From Lama glama (lineage: Eukaryota): DNA of 64,000 nucleotides. The position numbers and the translations under genes were made by a program. Each line of letters opens with the position of its first letter. Position 1 is the stretch's first letter. Location of the stretch: contig CM052832.1 of the NCBI GenBank assembly GCA_028534125.1, positions 21,392,001 through 21,456,000 of the forward strand, in the 5' to 3' direction. Under the pieces are notes generated by a model. That model had not been told where the DNA came from. It saw only the letters and a list, made by a program, of their open reading frames with translations, and ran no database searches. Positions 37,715 through 49,950 of this stretch are shown in pieces.

Positions 37715-37821
37715 AAAAACATAGCATGCTTCAGGAATTCGCCTGTCATCCTTGTGCAGGGCCCATGCTAATAATCTCTGTATCGTTCCAATTTTAGTAT
37801 CTGTGTTGCCAAAGCGAGCAC
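37715..37821 (-). pseudogene. RNU6: Full-length U6 snRNA retropseudogene (5' part of a U6/L1 chimera)
   Basis: Reverse complement GTGCTCGCTTTGGCAACACAGATACTAAAATTGGAACGATACAGAGATTATTAGCATGGGCCCTGCACAAGGATGACAGGCGAATTCCTGAAGCATGCTATGTTTTT, 107 nt, colinear with U6 including the ACAGAGA box; multiple substitutions. Confidence 0.96.
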
Positions 37822-39526
37822 CCTTTTATCATTATAAAATGTCCCTCTTTGTCTCCAGTAACAATTTTTGACTAAGGACTATCTTGTCTTATAGCAATAC
37901 AACCACTCAAGTTCTCTTATGGTTGTTACTTGCATAGTATATCCTTTCTCTACCTTTTTACATTCAATCTATTTGTGCCTTGTATTCTGAAGTGTATTTG
38001 TGACAGACAGCATAGTGTTAGATTCTGCTCTTTAATCGCTGCTAGAAATCTCTGTCTTTTAATTAGAATGATTAGTCCACTCAAATTTAATGTAATCATC
38101 GATTTGGTCAGATTTGCATTTGTCATTTCGCTATTTGTTTTCCATATCTCAAGTCTTTTTTGTTCCTTTATTTCTCCTTTACCACTTTATTTTGTATTAA
38201 ATAGATGGGTTCTGGGGGCCATTTTAATTCTTTTTTTTATTTAGCTTCTTTTTTAAAAGTTGTTTCTGTAGTGATTGCTTCTAGGGATTACAAAATGCAT
38301 GTTAAATTATAACAATGTACTTCAGTTTGATTCTGACTGAATTCTGCTAAAAGACAGGAATTTGACTTCAGTCTAGCGCCTTTTCCTCCATCTTCCTACG
38401 TTACTGCTGCCACACAAATCACATGTATGTATGTCATCAACCCAACAACACACTGCTGTAATTATTGCTTTAAACCATTTCAAATGTGTTTTGAAGAACA
38501 TAAGGGAAGAAAAGAAAAAAATACATTTATACAGTCTTTTATGTTTACCCATATATTTGTCATTTCTAGCCCTCAGTTTTATTTTCTTACCATATGTTCT
38601 CCACCTCAACCTTCCCTCGTACTTCTCTCAAAGTGGCCCAGCCACAGGCAAGGATGCTGGTAACCAGAGAAAACATCCTGAAACTAAAGGCTGTCCAGAA
38701 GTCAGATTTCTGATATAAATCAGAAAGGAAGAAACTTTTTCAAAAGTGATTCAAATGCCATCTTCCTAAATAGACTCTTCGCGGAAGCAATCTTTCCGTG
38801 TAAAATTAAAGGGCACTTCAGCCTGTTGTCTCACATTCTTCAGTTTTGAGAAGTTCACTTGTGACCACTCCGAGCCTCATCCTTGAACACTTGCTGATTT
38901 ACTCCTGCCCATGGATATTCTTGGCAATCTCACTTGCTGCGCCTGCTGCTCAATTCTAAAATCCAGGTGTTTCCCTTTACCTCCCAGTAAGCCGGTTCAT
39001 TTCCTAGGTGTGATTACTTGGGCTATTCTTCCTGGATGTATTTGAATGAGGGGGTTAGCAGGACTCTTTCTGGCCTGTAGAATCTGAGCCCAGACTTAAG
39101 TCTATGTTAAACACCACTCTGGAGAAAAATCCTTCTCCTTTCAAACTCTTCCGTCTGTGGGATAATTAACTGAACTCTTAGACTTCTAAGTTTGCATTCC
39201 AAACAGAACAGTAAAACAATTATTCTTGGACCCGTTAAAACTTGACTAAATGTTTCATTAAGATTATAATTATGGTTTCAGGACATCACTAAAAATATTT
39301 CAACATGTCATATCTGTCTAACTGTATGCATAAACCTACGTATGCAACTGACTCGTAAACAAACACATATTTGCTTTCTATGCTTTTCTTGTTGTTCTTG
39401 CTATTACTCCCAGTGGTTTGGGGTTCCTTAAAATACTGCCCATATATCTTCTTAACATTTTATTACAGGAATATAATATTTATAGGTATGAGATTCCTGA
39501 CCATAGGATCTGCTTAATTCACAGAT

Positions 39527-39561
39527 GAAAGAGAAAGAAAAGAAAGAAGAAAGAAAGAAAG

Positions 39562-39608
<47 letters not shown>

Positions 39609-39734
39609 AGAAAAGAAAGAGAAAGAAAGAAAAAAAAAGAAAGAAAGAAAGATAGATAGAAAGAAAGAGGAAGGATGGGAAGGGAAGAAAGGAAGGAAAG
39701 GAGGGAAGAAGAAAAAAGAAAAAGAAAAAGAAAA
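39527..39734. repeat. (GAAA)n / GGAA-rich polypurine microsatellite, ~205 bp
   Basis: Nearly pure purine tract gaaagaaagaaa...ggaaggaaag..aaagaaaaag. Confidence 0.98.
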
Positions 39735-40143
39735 TATAAACTAAGATGTGTGAGAATTGGGAAGAAATAACCTGTGTCTGCGTCCCTTCCTTGATCTAAT
39801 TACTACCTGAGAGAGTAAAACCTTGGAGCCCTGAAGAGAAGAAGGTCAAGAGTCGAGGTGAGAGTCAAGTCTGAAGAAATTGTGTAATAGTCACTAAGGT
39901 GCTTTAATTAAAAAAGGTAAAAAGGACAGTCTCCTCCCTCTAAACAAAAGACCCATTGAAACAGAAACTGACATCTTCAGGAAAATAGAAGGGATTTGAT
40001 GTGGAAAATAACTAACATCCTACACAGTAATATTTTGTTATTGGCAAACAGAAAGCAATAGTTCAAAATTTATCAAGCTTATCAGTTCCACCTAATTAAG
40101 GCTATAGCCAGAGGGTATAGTAAACAAAACTCTAATAACTCAC

Positions 40144-40262
40144 TTCTGAGCTTCTGGCTCCAGTGAAATCTAATATCCTTCTGGAAAAGTGCTTGGTGGT
40201 CTCCGCTCATCTTGACCTTCGTCCGAAAGGCGACCACATGGAACACTCTGCTTCTGCTGAGC
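40144..40262 (-). other. Candidate 119-nt internal exon (unidentified transcript)
   Basis: Acceptor taattccgtccttag|GCTC and donor GAA|gtgagt; peptides not recognised. Confidence 0.2.
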
Positions 40263-40720
40263 CTAAGGACGGAATTATATAGAGATTACATGTTTGTCAT
40301 CTACGACAGACTCTTGTCTCCAGCCATAATATTGCCAGGGATGCATGAAGTTTTAAGTGATTCTTTGAGGAAAAGGAGGTCTACAGAATCCGGAGGAGGA
40401 TAATTTAATTTCTATTTCAATTACTGCCACCATCTCCACTTCATTTGTTTCAAAATGAAGCCCAACATTTCCCCAGAAAACCTCCCCTCTCAATTTAGAA
40501 GATGTTTCAGTATGAAAGTTATGTGTTCATCAGGGTGCTTGGAAGAGGGCCGTGAAAGCATCTCTAAAGCTACAATTAGAAACGCTGGAAGCAGTGGTGA
40601 AATGTAAATTCAAAGACCCTCAGGCTCCTTACTTCTGATCCTCTTCTACCTCTGCCCCAAATTCTCTTTTTCTTTGCAAGTCACCTCTTATCCCTTTTAA
40701 TCTGTGGTCAGAAAAGAGAA

Positions 40721-41068
40721 TGTTATGTCCCTCCCCTAATAACTATGTTGAAGCCCCAACCCTCAGCGTGATGGTATTTGGCAACGGAGCCTTTGGGAAG
40801 TAATTAGGTTTAGAGGAGGTCATGAGTATGGGGCCCCACATAGCGTACTTATAAGAAGAGGATGAGAACAGAGCCCCCGTCTCTCCACCATGTGAGCACA
40901 CAGTGAGGAGGTGGCCAGCTGCAAGCCAGGAGGAGAGCTCTCACCAGAACCCAACCAAGCTGGCACTCTGCTCTCAGACTCTCAGCCTCCAGAACCTCCA
41001 GAACTAGGTAAACCTGCTGTTTACCTAGTTTATCGTATTTTGTTATGGCAGCCCAAGCGGACTAAGAA
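40721..41068 (+). mobile_element. MaLR solo LTR (MLT1A-like)
   Basis: tatgttgaagcccc..gtgatggtatttgg..gtaattaggtttaga..gcaagccaggaggagagctctcaccagaacc..ttttgttatggcagccc. Confidence 0.85.
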
Positions 41069-42317
41069 AGAGGCGCCCTTAAGAAGGGATGGCTGTCCTC
41101 AGGCCATACTGCGGTGTCACACTGAGATGGATCACGGCCCGCACAGGAGCCAGCTGCTAAGAGGAGCAGGGCAAGCTGAGTCAGGCAGGCAAGACATCTC
41201 TGAACAGAGTGGCTATGATGACCAGAAGGGCCAGGTAGATAAGTGAGTCAGAGGCAGGAAATCCACTTCTCAGAGGAATTGAATGCAGCAGGGAGTCCAC
41301 AGACACTGGGTCCACCCAGCAATAAATCAGTGGGTACTCTGAGGCCAAAGACTCAAAGAAATCAGAGAAAGCGCCACCAGAAAAGAGGAGAACTGGAGGC
41401 AGAAACTGACTGGAGGCAGAAGCTGATCTGTACTCAGATACATTCTGGACTTGCCTCCCTACAAGGCAGTTAGGGTCCTGTGTTCTTTGGCTTGGATCCT
41501 CTATGAGGCCCTCACATCATAGCCTGATGAATGATTCCTGGCAGTGGGACTGGCCCCACATGAGGTGGTGATAACCTGGCATTATAACTTCTAGAAACTC
41601 AGAGGAATGAGAAAGGAGAGAGATCGCTCAGCCACCCTTAGTTAGGCAGATGAGGAAACTGAAACCCCAAAAGACTAAATTATATTCCCCTCTAAGACAA
41701 ACCAATAGGAGATACAAAACTATTTAGTTAGGTTACAAAATGTAATGCCCACTTCAGTGCTTGCATACTGCCTCATGATCTCCTTACACAGCATCTACAG
41801 ACTATTACGTATCTCTTTGGCTTAGATCTCAGCATACTCTCCAGGCACAATATTGTCTCAAAAATAATCACTTAATGGAGAAGTACATTGGGGCCAAACT
41901 GTGGATGCTCTAGAAGGCAAACTGAATTTTTTCTATAGGTTGTGGCTTTTCATATGAAAATGTTAGAGTCTCCTGAAAGTTACAATTAAAGTGGAAATGT
42001 GCACGTGTGCATGCTCGCATTTCATGGGAAGAGCTTTTAAAAGAATTCTCATATAGGTAAAAACCACCTTTGTTGACAGAAGAGAGTTAAAGAGTATGTT
42101 TTAAACTGGAGAATGTCATGACCCAGAATCTTTTCTCCTGCATTACAAAGAAGTTGAGAATCTACTTCTAAACTATTACTTTTAACAACCATCCTCATTT
42201 CCTTTTAAAGAAGCTGAGATTTTCTCCCCCTCTCACTTATACCCTCTTAAAGAAATAGTACTTCCTTACAAACTGTTAGAAACTCCTTGTGAGCAAATAC
42301 TTAAGGCTGTAATTCCT

Positions 42318-43345
42318 TTTTTAATTTGTTTTTTATTGAAGTATAGCCATTTACAATGTTGTGTGAATTTCTAGTGTAGAGCATAGTGATTCATTTATAC
42401 ATACATATATACACATATTCCTTTTCATATTCTTTTTCATTATAAGCCATTACAAGGTATTGAATATAGTTCCCTGTGCTATACAGTTGGCTCTTGCTGT
42501 TTATCTATTTTATGAATATAGTAGTTAGCATNNNNNNNNNNNNNNNNNNNNNNNNNNNNNNNNNNNNNNNNNNNNNNNNNNNNNNNNNNNNNNNNNNNNN
42601 NNNNNNNNNNNNNNNNNNNNNNNNNNNNNNNNNNNNNNNNNNNNNNNNNNNNNNNNNNNNNNNNNNNNNNNNNNNNNNNNNNNNNNNNNNNNNNNNNNNN
42701 NNNNNNNNNNNNNNNNNNNNNNNNNNNNNNNNNNNNNNNNNNNNNNNNNNNNNNNNNNNNNNNNNNNNNNNNNNNNNNNNNNNNNNNNNNNNNNNNNNNN
42801 NNNNNNNNNNNNNNNNNNNNNNNNNNNNNNNNNNNNNNNNNNNNNNNNNNNNNNNNNNNNNNNNNNNNNNNNNNNNNNNNNNNNNNNNNNNNNNNNNNNN
42901 NNNNNNNNNNNNNNNNNNNNNNNNNNNNNNNNNNNNNNNNNNNNNNNNNNNNNNNNNNNNNNNNNNNNNNNNNNNNNNNNNNNNNNNNNNNNNNNNNNNN
43001 NNNNNNNNNNNNNNNNNNNNNNNNNNNNNNNTTATTGAAGTATAGCCATTTACAATGTTGTGTGAATTTCTAGTGTAGAGCATAGTGATTCATTTATACA
43101 TACATATATACACATATTCCTTTTCATATTCTTTTTCATTATAAGCCATTACAAGGTATTGAATATAGTTCCCTGTGCTATACAGTTGGCTCTTGCTGTT
43201 TATCTATTTTATGAATATAGTAGTTAGCATCTATAAATCCCAAACTCCGATTTATCCCTCCCCACCTCGTTTCCCCTCTATTAACAGTAAGTTTGTTTTC
43301 TACATCTGTGAGTCGGTCTTTGTTTTGCAAATAAGCTCACTTCTC
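42318..43345 (-). mobile_element. Short cetartiodactyl L1 3' end, artefactually split and duplicated by a gap
   Basis: ttattgaagtatag..tagttccctgtgctatacagt..cccaaactccgatttatccc; imperfect TSD taaggctgtaattcct (42302-42317) / taagactgtaatgcct (43346-43361). Confidence 0.9.
42532..43031. other. Assembly gap (500 N)
   Basis: Run of exactly 500 N. Confidence 1.
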
Positions 43346-46071
43346 TAAGACTGTAATGCCTATTCTTCCCAATTGGAGCCACGTGGCCAAGATGGGGAAT
43401 CCTGTTCATTAGGTCTGGATATGCATGGGAATTTGTTAGGAGAAAGAAGAGTTATCCTCTCTAACCCAGAGTTCACCTGATGTCCAGAGAAACCATACTC
43501 CGGGTCCAGTCTGCTCCTCTGTCATTCTGCCTTTTCACCAGGGATAACAGGAAAGTGTCCTGTTCCTGGTCCATCTGCAGGGCTTGCCCTCAGTAAAACT
43601 GAAAAGCAGGAGAAGTTCACCTCCATTAGGCTCTGCAACCTTTCTGGCTTTGGGCTTCTAAAGATTGAGTCTGACAGCTAAGTAGTTTATGGTTTTCAAA
43701 TCGTATTGTCTGTCTCGCTACAAAAATCCTTTTAATCAGCTCTTTCCTTCTGTTTTAAGGACAGAAGGAAAGCTCCAGCTCCTCCTCTCTTCTGCATCCA
43801 CCTGTTAGACTAACCATCAGGTCCAGGACATTTGTGCCTTTGGAAATGTGTTACTTCTCCCAAAGGTGCTCTAGTGTAGAATGTATCTGTAAATGTAATG
43901 TAAGAGGCTTTTTCAAGGGGTAATATTATCAATAAACTATCTGGAGAGGTCGGGACATTTCCTGAGAGCGTGAAGTCATATCAGAGGGTCCCACGTGTAG
44001 GAAAACGCTGTCTTGGCAACGCATGCCTGTCACCTCGGCTACTGAGAATTTTCCTTTCACGCCAAACAATGTTTGGAAGGCAAGTGGAAAACCCTGACTC
44101 CAAAATAGTCCCACAGCAATCACTACAGGATCTCCTCAAATACGTACTTTCAATCTATTGACAATTCTTCTCTGAGTACTAGTGTGTATATATATGATGA
44201 ATCAATCTACTTTGCACTAAAAATAAAGACTGGAAAAGAAAATTTCAGTTCTACATGCAAAATTCTATTTAAAAAAAAACCATGCAGATGTTGCTCGATT
44301 CACAGTTCCAACCAGGCATGTAAAAGATCATTTTACACCCGGACTCCCACAAGGAACTCTGAGGAGCCAGGAACTGGGGGTTCATTTTTCATAGAAGCCA
44401 GAGAACTGTTTTAAATCCCTTCCACACAATTTGCAAAAGTCTTGCTAATGCAAACCATACATACCGTTTGGAGTTCAGTAAACAGCAAACACAAAATGAC
44501 TAAGCCTTTTTAAAAATAGTATTCTTTCAGTAACCTTGAGAGCAGTGACCAGAACACCATTCTGAATCCCAAAGAAGTCCCACGTCAAGCCTTAGATCTT
44601 CCTCCTTGGTCCCGGGGAACGGCTAGCCTTCACCTTGATCATTTTGGGGAAAAAAAAAAAAAAGTGGCTGCATTCTACCATTCCCGATTTAAATCTGACA
44701 TGGTTATTCCCACTCTGCTTTGTTCTGGCCAGAAGAACACAGCCAAGTTTTCTGTTTTCCAAAGGCCGAACAAGTATGGCTTACAAAAATTCAGCCTGAC
44801 AGTTAGGGAGTTTGAGGACTTCAAATCACATTGCACGTCTTGCTGTAGAATTCTAACACTGTAATCCAAACGTAATGTTTCTGTGAAATCTAATTCTGAC
44901 CAACCAGTTACATGCAACGGACATTATCAAACAGGAAATTCCCTAATTCAAATGGACCATTTACCCATTTTCTGCATTTCAGAAAACTCCTTGGTGGGAT
45001 TTGAGTTTTTCCAGTTTTCTTCTATATCCACTGATCCTCTGGGGGACACCCCAAGTCCCTCTCCTGGCTTTAAATTCCATTATCCTGACAAGGGGCTCAG
45101 CATGTCTGGCCTTCCACCAGGGAAGTAGAAAAACATTCTAAAATGACGTGGAATGCTTTTGGATAAAGATGGTAAACACGTCTATGGCCTCCTTCTCTCG
45201 AAAATAATTCCTCAAACCACCTCAAAACAGCAAAGATGTAGAAACACAAAAGTTTATATTTTGTGAAACCAGAAGATATCTGTAACCAAGACAACAAAGA
45301 CAGAGAGAAAATGAAGGGACAGTAAATACTTTGCAGAGGAGGGAGGATTCCATTGCAGAGTTGGTAGGGATGAAAATGCTGAGAAATAAGCTATTTTGCA
45401 TCTCAGAAATCCAGAAAAGCTCACTGGAGACAGTTTCAGCCCAAAGGAGCTGCATATGAGATTGGAAATAAACACAGGGAAATTGTTTCGAATTCAGTAT
45501 GGGGAACAAGTTCACCCTGGTCTCAACCTTTATTGAGGAAAACCTCCAAAATGGATAAAACTATAAATAAATAACTATTTCCACCCCCCACCCCGAAAAA
45601 AAAAAACTCACAGGAAATAAAAACAACATAGAAAGCTGGAGAAAAACTCAAGACATTACTTTTAGGAAACAAGAACGAGATGCCATCTAATAATAATCAG
45701 CAGCAGCAGCATTTAGGAGCTCCTGGAAGCAAAAGTATGAGAGCTGAACTTACAAATTTAATAATGCACCTGGAAGATAAAGAAGACTTCTGAAAAATGA
45801 TAAAAATGGACTAGGAAAGGAAAACGGCAAGAAAACAAAAGGTTAGAGAAGAATGTCCAACACCCAAATAATAGGCATTGTGGAAAAAGAAAGTAGAGAA
45901 AACATTAGGGAGATACAATTAATACAAGAAAAAATTCCAAAACTGAAATAAATGAAGCTGAATCTCCAGAATGGAAATGTCCAGTAACTGAACCTTTTTT
46001 TTTGGTGACTTACATTAAGGAGCATTATCTCAGGTTACACTGAAAAGAGCAGGAGTTGGAACAGCACTGGG

Positions 46072-46305
46072 TGCTATATTCGTCTGTTTGGGCTGCCATA
46101 CCAAAATACCAGAGGCTGGGGGGCTTAAACAACAGAAATCTCTCTTCCTGTTCTTATTAGGTCTCCAGTCCTATCGGATTAGGACCTCACCTTTATGACC
46201 TTATTTAAATTTAATTACCTCCTAAGAGCCATATCTCTAAATATAATCACATGGCAGTGTGTGTGTAGGGGGGTGGTTAGGGCTTCCACGTTTGAATTTT
46301 GGACA
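46072..46305 (-). mobile_element. Internally deleted MLT1 LTR
   Basis: gggctgccata..aaaatacca..ggcttaaacaacagaaat joined to ggattaggacctcacctttatgacc..ggttagggcttc. Confidence 0.7.
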
Positions 46306-46341
46306 TTTGGGTCTCAACAGCAACATTAGAAGCTAGAAGAT

Positions 46342-46500
46342 ACATAGCACAGGGAACTATATTTGATATCTTATAGTAACCTTTAATGAAAAAGAATATG
46401 AAAATGAATATATATGTGCATATATGTATGACTGGGACATTATGCTGAACACCAGAAATTGACACATTGTAACTGACTATACTTCAATTAAAAAAAAAAA
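46342..46500 (+). mobile_element. Very short young L1 3' end with TSD
   Basis: atagcacagggaactatat..ctgggacattatgctgaacaccagaaattgacacattgtaactgactatacttcaatt + polyA; TSD gaagctagaagat / gatgctagaagat. Confidence 0.9.
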
Positions 46501-46769
46501 GATGCTAGAAGATGGAGAAATTCAGGGGAGGAATCACTAGGCAGACAATCTCTCACAAACAGCAGCAGTGTCAAATGTCCACCTCACATTTACATAAATA
46601 ATAAAAGCTTTATACAGGGATTTAATTATTTAAGTGCTAATAACTAAATTGTTTAAGTGCTATTAACTAACAGAAGGGAGGCATAAGATTTAAAATACTA
46701 TGTGTCAAAATAGAAATTCAGTAAAATCTAAAATTGATTAATCAGATATAAGTTTATAAGTTCTCTCTA

Positions 46770-47326
46770 AGGTGATCCCAATGTGTCATGCTCTTGTGTA
46801 TTTCTCCATCCTTTTAAGTATGGGAAGAAAATGTGACTTGTTTCTAGCCTGGAGTATATGGCAAAGGCAAAGAGATTTTCCAGATGTAATTAAGCTCCCC
46901 AGTCAGCAAGGTAGACAAAAGGAGATGATCCTTGTTGGACCTGAGTTAATCAGATGAAAGTCTTTCAAGAGAGAATCTCTGCTAAAAGAAGAGAGAGGGC
47001 CAGGTGGCAGAGTGTCAAGTGACCTTGAGAAGCTGAGAGCAGGCCATAACCTGCAGCCAGCGAGAAAACGGGGACTTCAGTCCTACAGCTTCAAGGAACT
47101 GAATTCAGTCAGCCAGCCAACGAGCTTGGACCAGGATTCTGGGCTCAAGAATGGAATGCAGCTCAGCTGACATCTTGGTTGCAGTTTTGTGAGACCCTAG
47201 GCAAAGGACACAGAGAAGATGTGCTGGACTCCTGACCAGAAGAAATAATGAGCTAAGAAATGTATGTTATGTTAAAGCCACTAAGTTTGCAGCAACTTAT
47301 TATGCAGTGATAGATAATTAACACAC
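46770..47326 (+). mobile_element. MaLR solo LTR (MLT1E/F-like)
   Basis: tgtgacttgtttcta..tatggcaaagg..cagatgtaattaag..gggacttcagtcctacagc..caaggaactgaattc..taaagccactaagtttg. Confidence 0.8.
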
Positions 47327-47665
47327 AGGCACAGTATGTAGAAATATGAAGGAACATGCCAAAAGGCATTAACACGGTTACCTTTGAAATGCTGGACCCA
47401 GGAAGAGGGGGGTGGGGGTGGCAGGTTGGTAGAGGAGGACTATTTTAGTTATTATTATAAGGCTTTTATTATTATTATTTGACTTTGAAACTACCTAGGT
47501 ATTATTTTGAAAAAATTAATTTTTTATAAAAGGTAATCTGAGGGAAATGTAAAGATTATAGGATGTATTTCAGATGAAATGGGATAATATACATAAAAGT
47601 GCTTAAAAAAGATAAAAAGTACAGTACAAACATAGGGACTTACAATTAAGTTTCAAATTCTCAGT

Positions 47666-49874
47666 TGGTTAGGACTATATCCCACTAAAACATTCCTATG
47701 TTGCAACCCTAACCTCCAGGGGGGCTATATTGGAAGACGGGAATCTCTAAAGAGATATGTAGTCTTAAGGGTGGGGCCCTGATTCAATAGGATTAGTGTC
47801 CTTATAAGAAGAAACACTAGTGCACTCACTCATGTGCTCACTCTACCCGCAAAGCCCCGCCACACACTGAGAAGGTTCATGTGAAGACACTGTGGGAAGG
47901 TGAGTGTCTCTAAACCAGCAAGAGAATCCTCACCAGAAACTCAATCAGCTGGAACCTTGATCTTGGACTTCTAGCCTCCAGTACTGTGAGAAAATAAATG
48001 CCTGTTGTTTAAATCACCCAATCTATGGCATTTTCTCATGGCAGCCCAAGGAGACTAATACTGAGTTTGGTACCAAGAAGTAGAGTGCCACTGGAACAAA
48101 TACCTAAAAATGTGGAAGTGGCTTTGAAACTGGGTAATGGGCAGAAGGTGGAAGAGTTCTGAGGTATATGTTAGAGAAAGCTTAGATTGCTAGGAAGGGA
48201 CTGTTGCTGTAATATAGATAGTAAAGGCAATTCTGGTGAGGACACAGAAAGAAAGGAGGAAAGCTAGAGACAAAGCCTGCATCTTCCTATAGGATACATG
48301 TAGCACCACAACCAGAATGCTGGTAGAAATATGGACATTCAAGGCCATTCTGGTGAGACCTCAGACAGAAATGAGAAAGGTTATGGGAAACGGGAGGAAA
48401 AGCAATCCTCGTTATAAAGTGGCAAAGAACTTGGCTGAATTGTGTTCTAGTGTTTCCTGGAAGGTAGAACTTGCAAGTGATAAAACTGGTTGTTGAGCTG
48501 AGGAGATTTCTAAGCAAAGTATGGAAGCAGCAGCTTGGTTTCTCCTTCTGACTCACAGTAAAATGCAAGAGGAAAGAGAGAAATTGAGGGGACTGTCAAA
48601 CAAAAAGAAATCAGAACTTGAAGACTGGGAAAGTTCTCAACCTATCCACGTTGCAAAAAAAATGAAGCAGCATGCTCTGAACACACGAAGGGTGTAAGCC
48701 CATTTGAGAAGGCTACTAGGCTGGGGAGTGAACCATGGATTTGACCGGCCATCCCAGCAGAAGCTAGGATTAGAGATGGGATGACACCAGCAGAAGCACT
48801 GCCAGCTGGGAGTAAACGCAACAGAGAAAAGGGACCAAGTGAAGGAAGGCTGTTAACACGTGTTGTCACTGAAGAAAAAGGAAGACTGGCCTCCAAGGCC
48901 ATTCAGTAATCATCAGGGCTGCCACTCCCACCACACAGGCCCGGGGCAAGACTGCTTCCCCTGAGTTTCAGAGGAGTGGGCCCCCTCTTCAGTTCCACTG
49001 GGCCAGATGGCCAGTGAAGACAACTGTGTGGGCAGGGCCCTAGCAGAGAGCCATGGCCGGAGGGAAGGTGCAGGCCACCTTGTGGAGCATGGGGGTGACA
49101 CTTCCACCCCAGTGGGCCTGGAGGGCAGAGCACTGAACCAAAGAGGATTATTCTTGAGCCTTAAGAGCTAATGAAATCTGTCTCACTAGGGATCCATCAT
49201 CTCTTTCTTCCTTTAGATTTCTCCTTTTTGGCAGTGTCTGTCCTAATCCTGGGCTGCCCTTGTGTTTTGGAGACATAACTTGTTTGGTTTTGCAGGTTCA
49301 CAGCTGGAGAGGAATTTTGCTGCAGGATAAATCTTACCTTGAGTCTCACTCATATCTGATTTACATGATATTTAGATGCAATGTTGGGTTTTAGACTTCA
49401 GAGTTGATCCTGGAATGAGTTAAGACTTTGGGGGTTGTTGGGATGGAATCAATGTATTTTGTGTGTGGAGAGGGATGTGAAATTTGGGGAGAATGCAATG
49501 GACTGAATGTTTGTCCCCCCCCTCATTCTTTATGTTATAAAGCCCTAACCTCCATTGTGGCTGTACTTGGAAATAGGTTCTCTAAGGAAGTAATTAAGGT
49601 TAAATGAGGTCATAGAAGTGGGGCCCTGATCTAACAGGATTAGTGTTCTTATAAGAGGCACCAGAGAGTTCACTCTCTTTCTATAAGCATGTGCTTACCA
49701 AGAAAAGGCCATGTGAGGACACAGTGAGAAGGTGGCCATCTACAAGCCCAGAAGAGTCCTCACCAGAGTTTGAATCAGCCAGAACTTTGATCTTAAACTT
49801 TCAGCCCCTAGAAAATAATTATCTGTTGTTTAAGCCAACTGGTCTATGGTATTTTGTTATGGCAGCCTAATTCA
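47666..49874 (+). mobile_element. Complete MaLR provirus (MLT1A-type 5'LTR ~47666-48061, internal 48062-49493, 3'LTR ~49494-49874)
   Basis: Two homologous direct LTRs; internal ttggtaccaagaagt..aaatacctaaaaatgtggaagtggctttgaaactgggtaat typical of MaLR-int; purine tract ggggagaa directly before the 3'LTR TG. Confidence 0.9.
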
Positions 49875-49950
49875 CAGTCCAGTGCTCCAATGTGCATGTA
49901 ATTGAATGTAACACTTTTTAAGTTTATTCTAACCATTTAAGAAGTGCTTG

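Larger units (their letters stand above)
36410..38580 (-). mobile_element. Old L1 body including degenerate ORF2 endonuclease region (host of the U6/L1 chimera)
   Basis: T-rich antisense L1; 37930-38100 reverse complement resembles the ORF2 EN N-terminus; many stops and frameshifts. Confidence 0.8.
45600..46560 (+). mobile_element. HAL1 / old L1 ORF1-region remnant with nested insertions
   Basis: A-rich; ctggaagataaa..tccaacacccaaataataggcatt..aatacaagaaaaaattcc..tctcaacagcaacattagaagctagaaga resembles HAL1. Confidence 0.55.

Noticed and set aside
37715..37821. Functional U6 gene
   Set aside because: Many substitutions, upstream flank is old L1 with no evident PSE/TATA promoter, and it is fused to L1 within a TSD.
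42476..43083. ORFs of 189-192 aa
   Set aside because: They are translations of the N gap flanked by L1 sequence.
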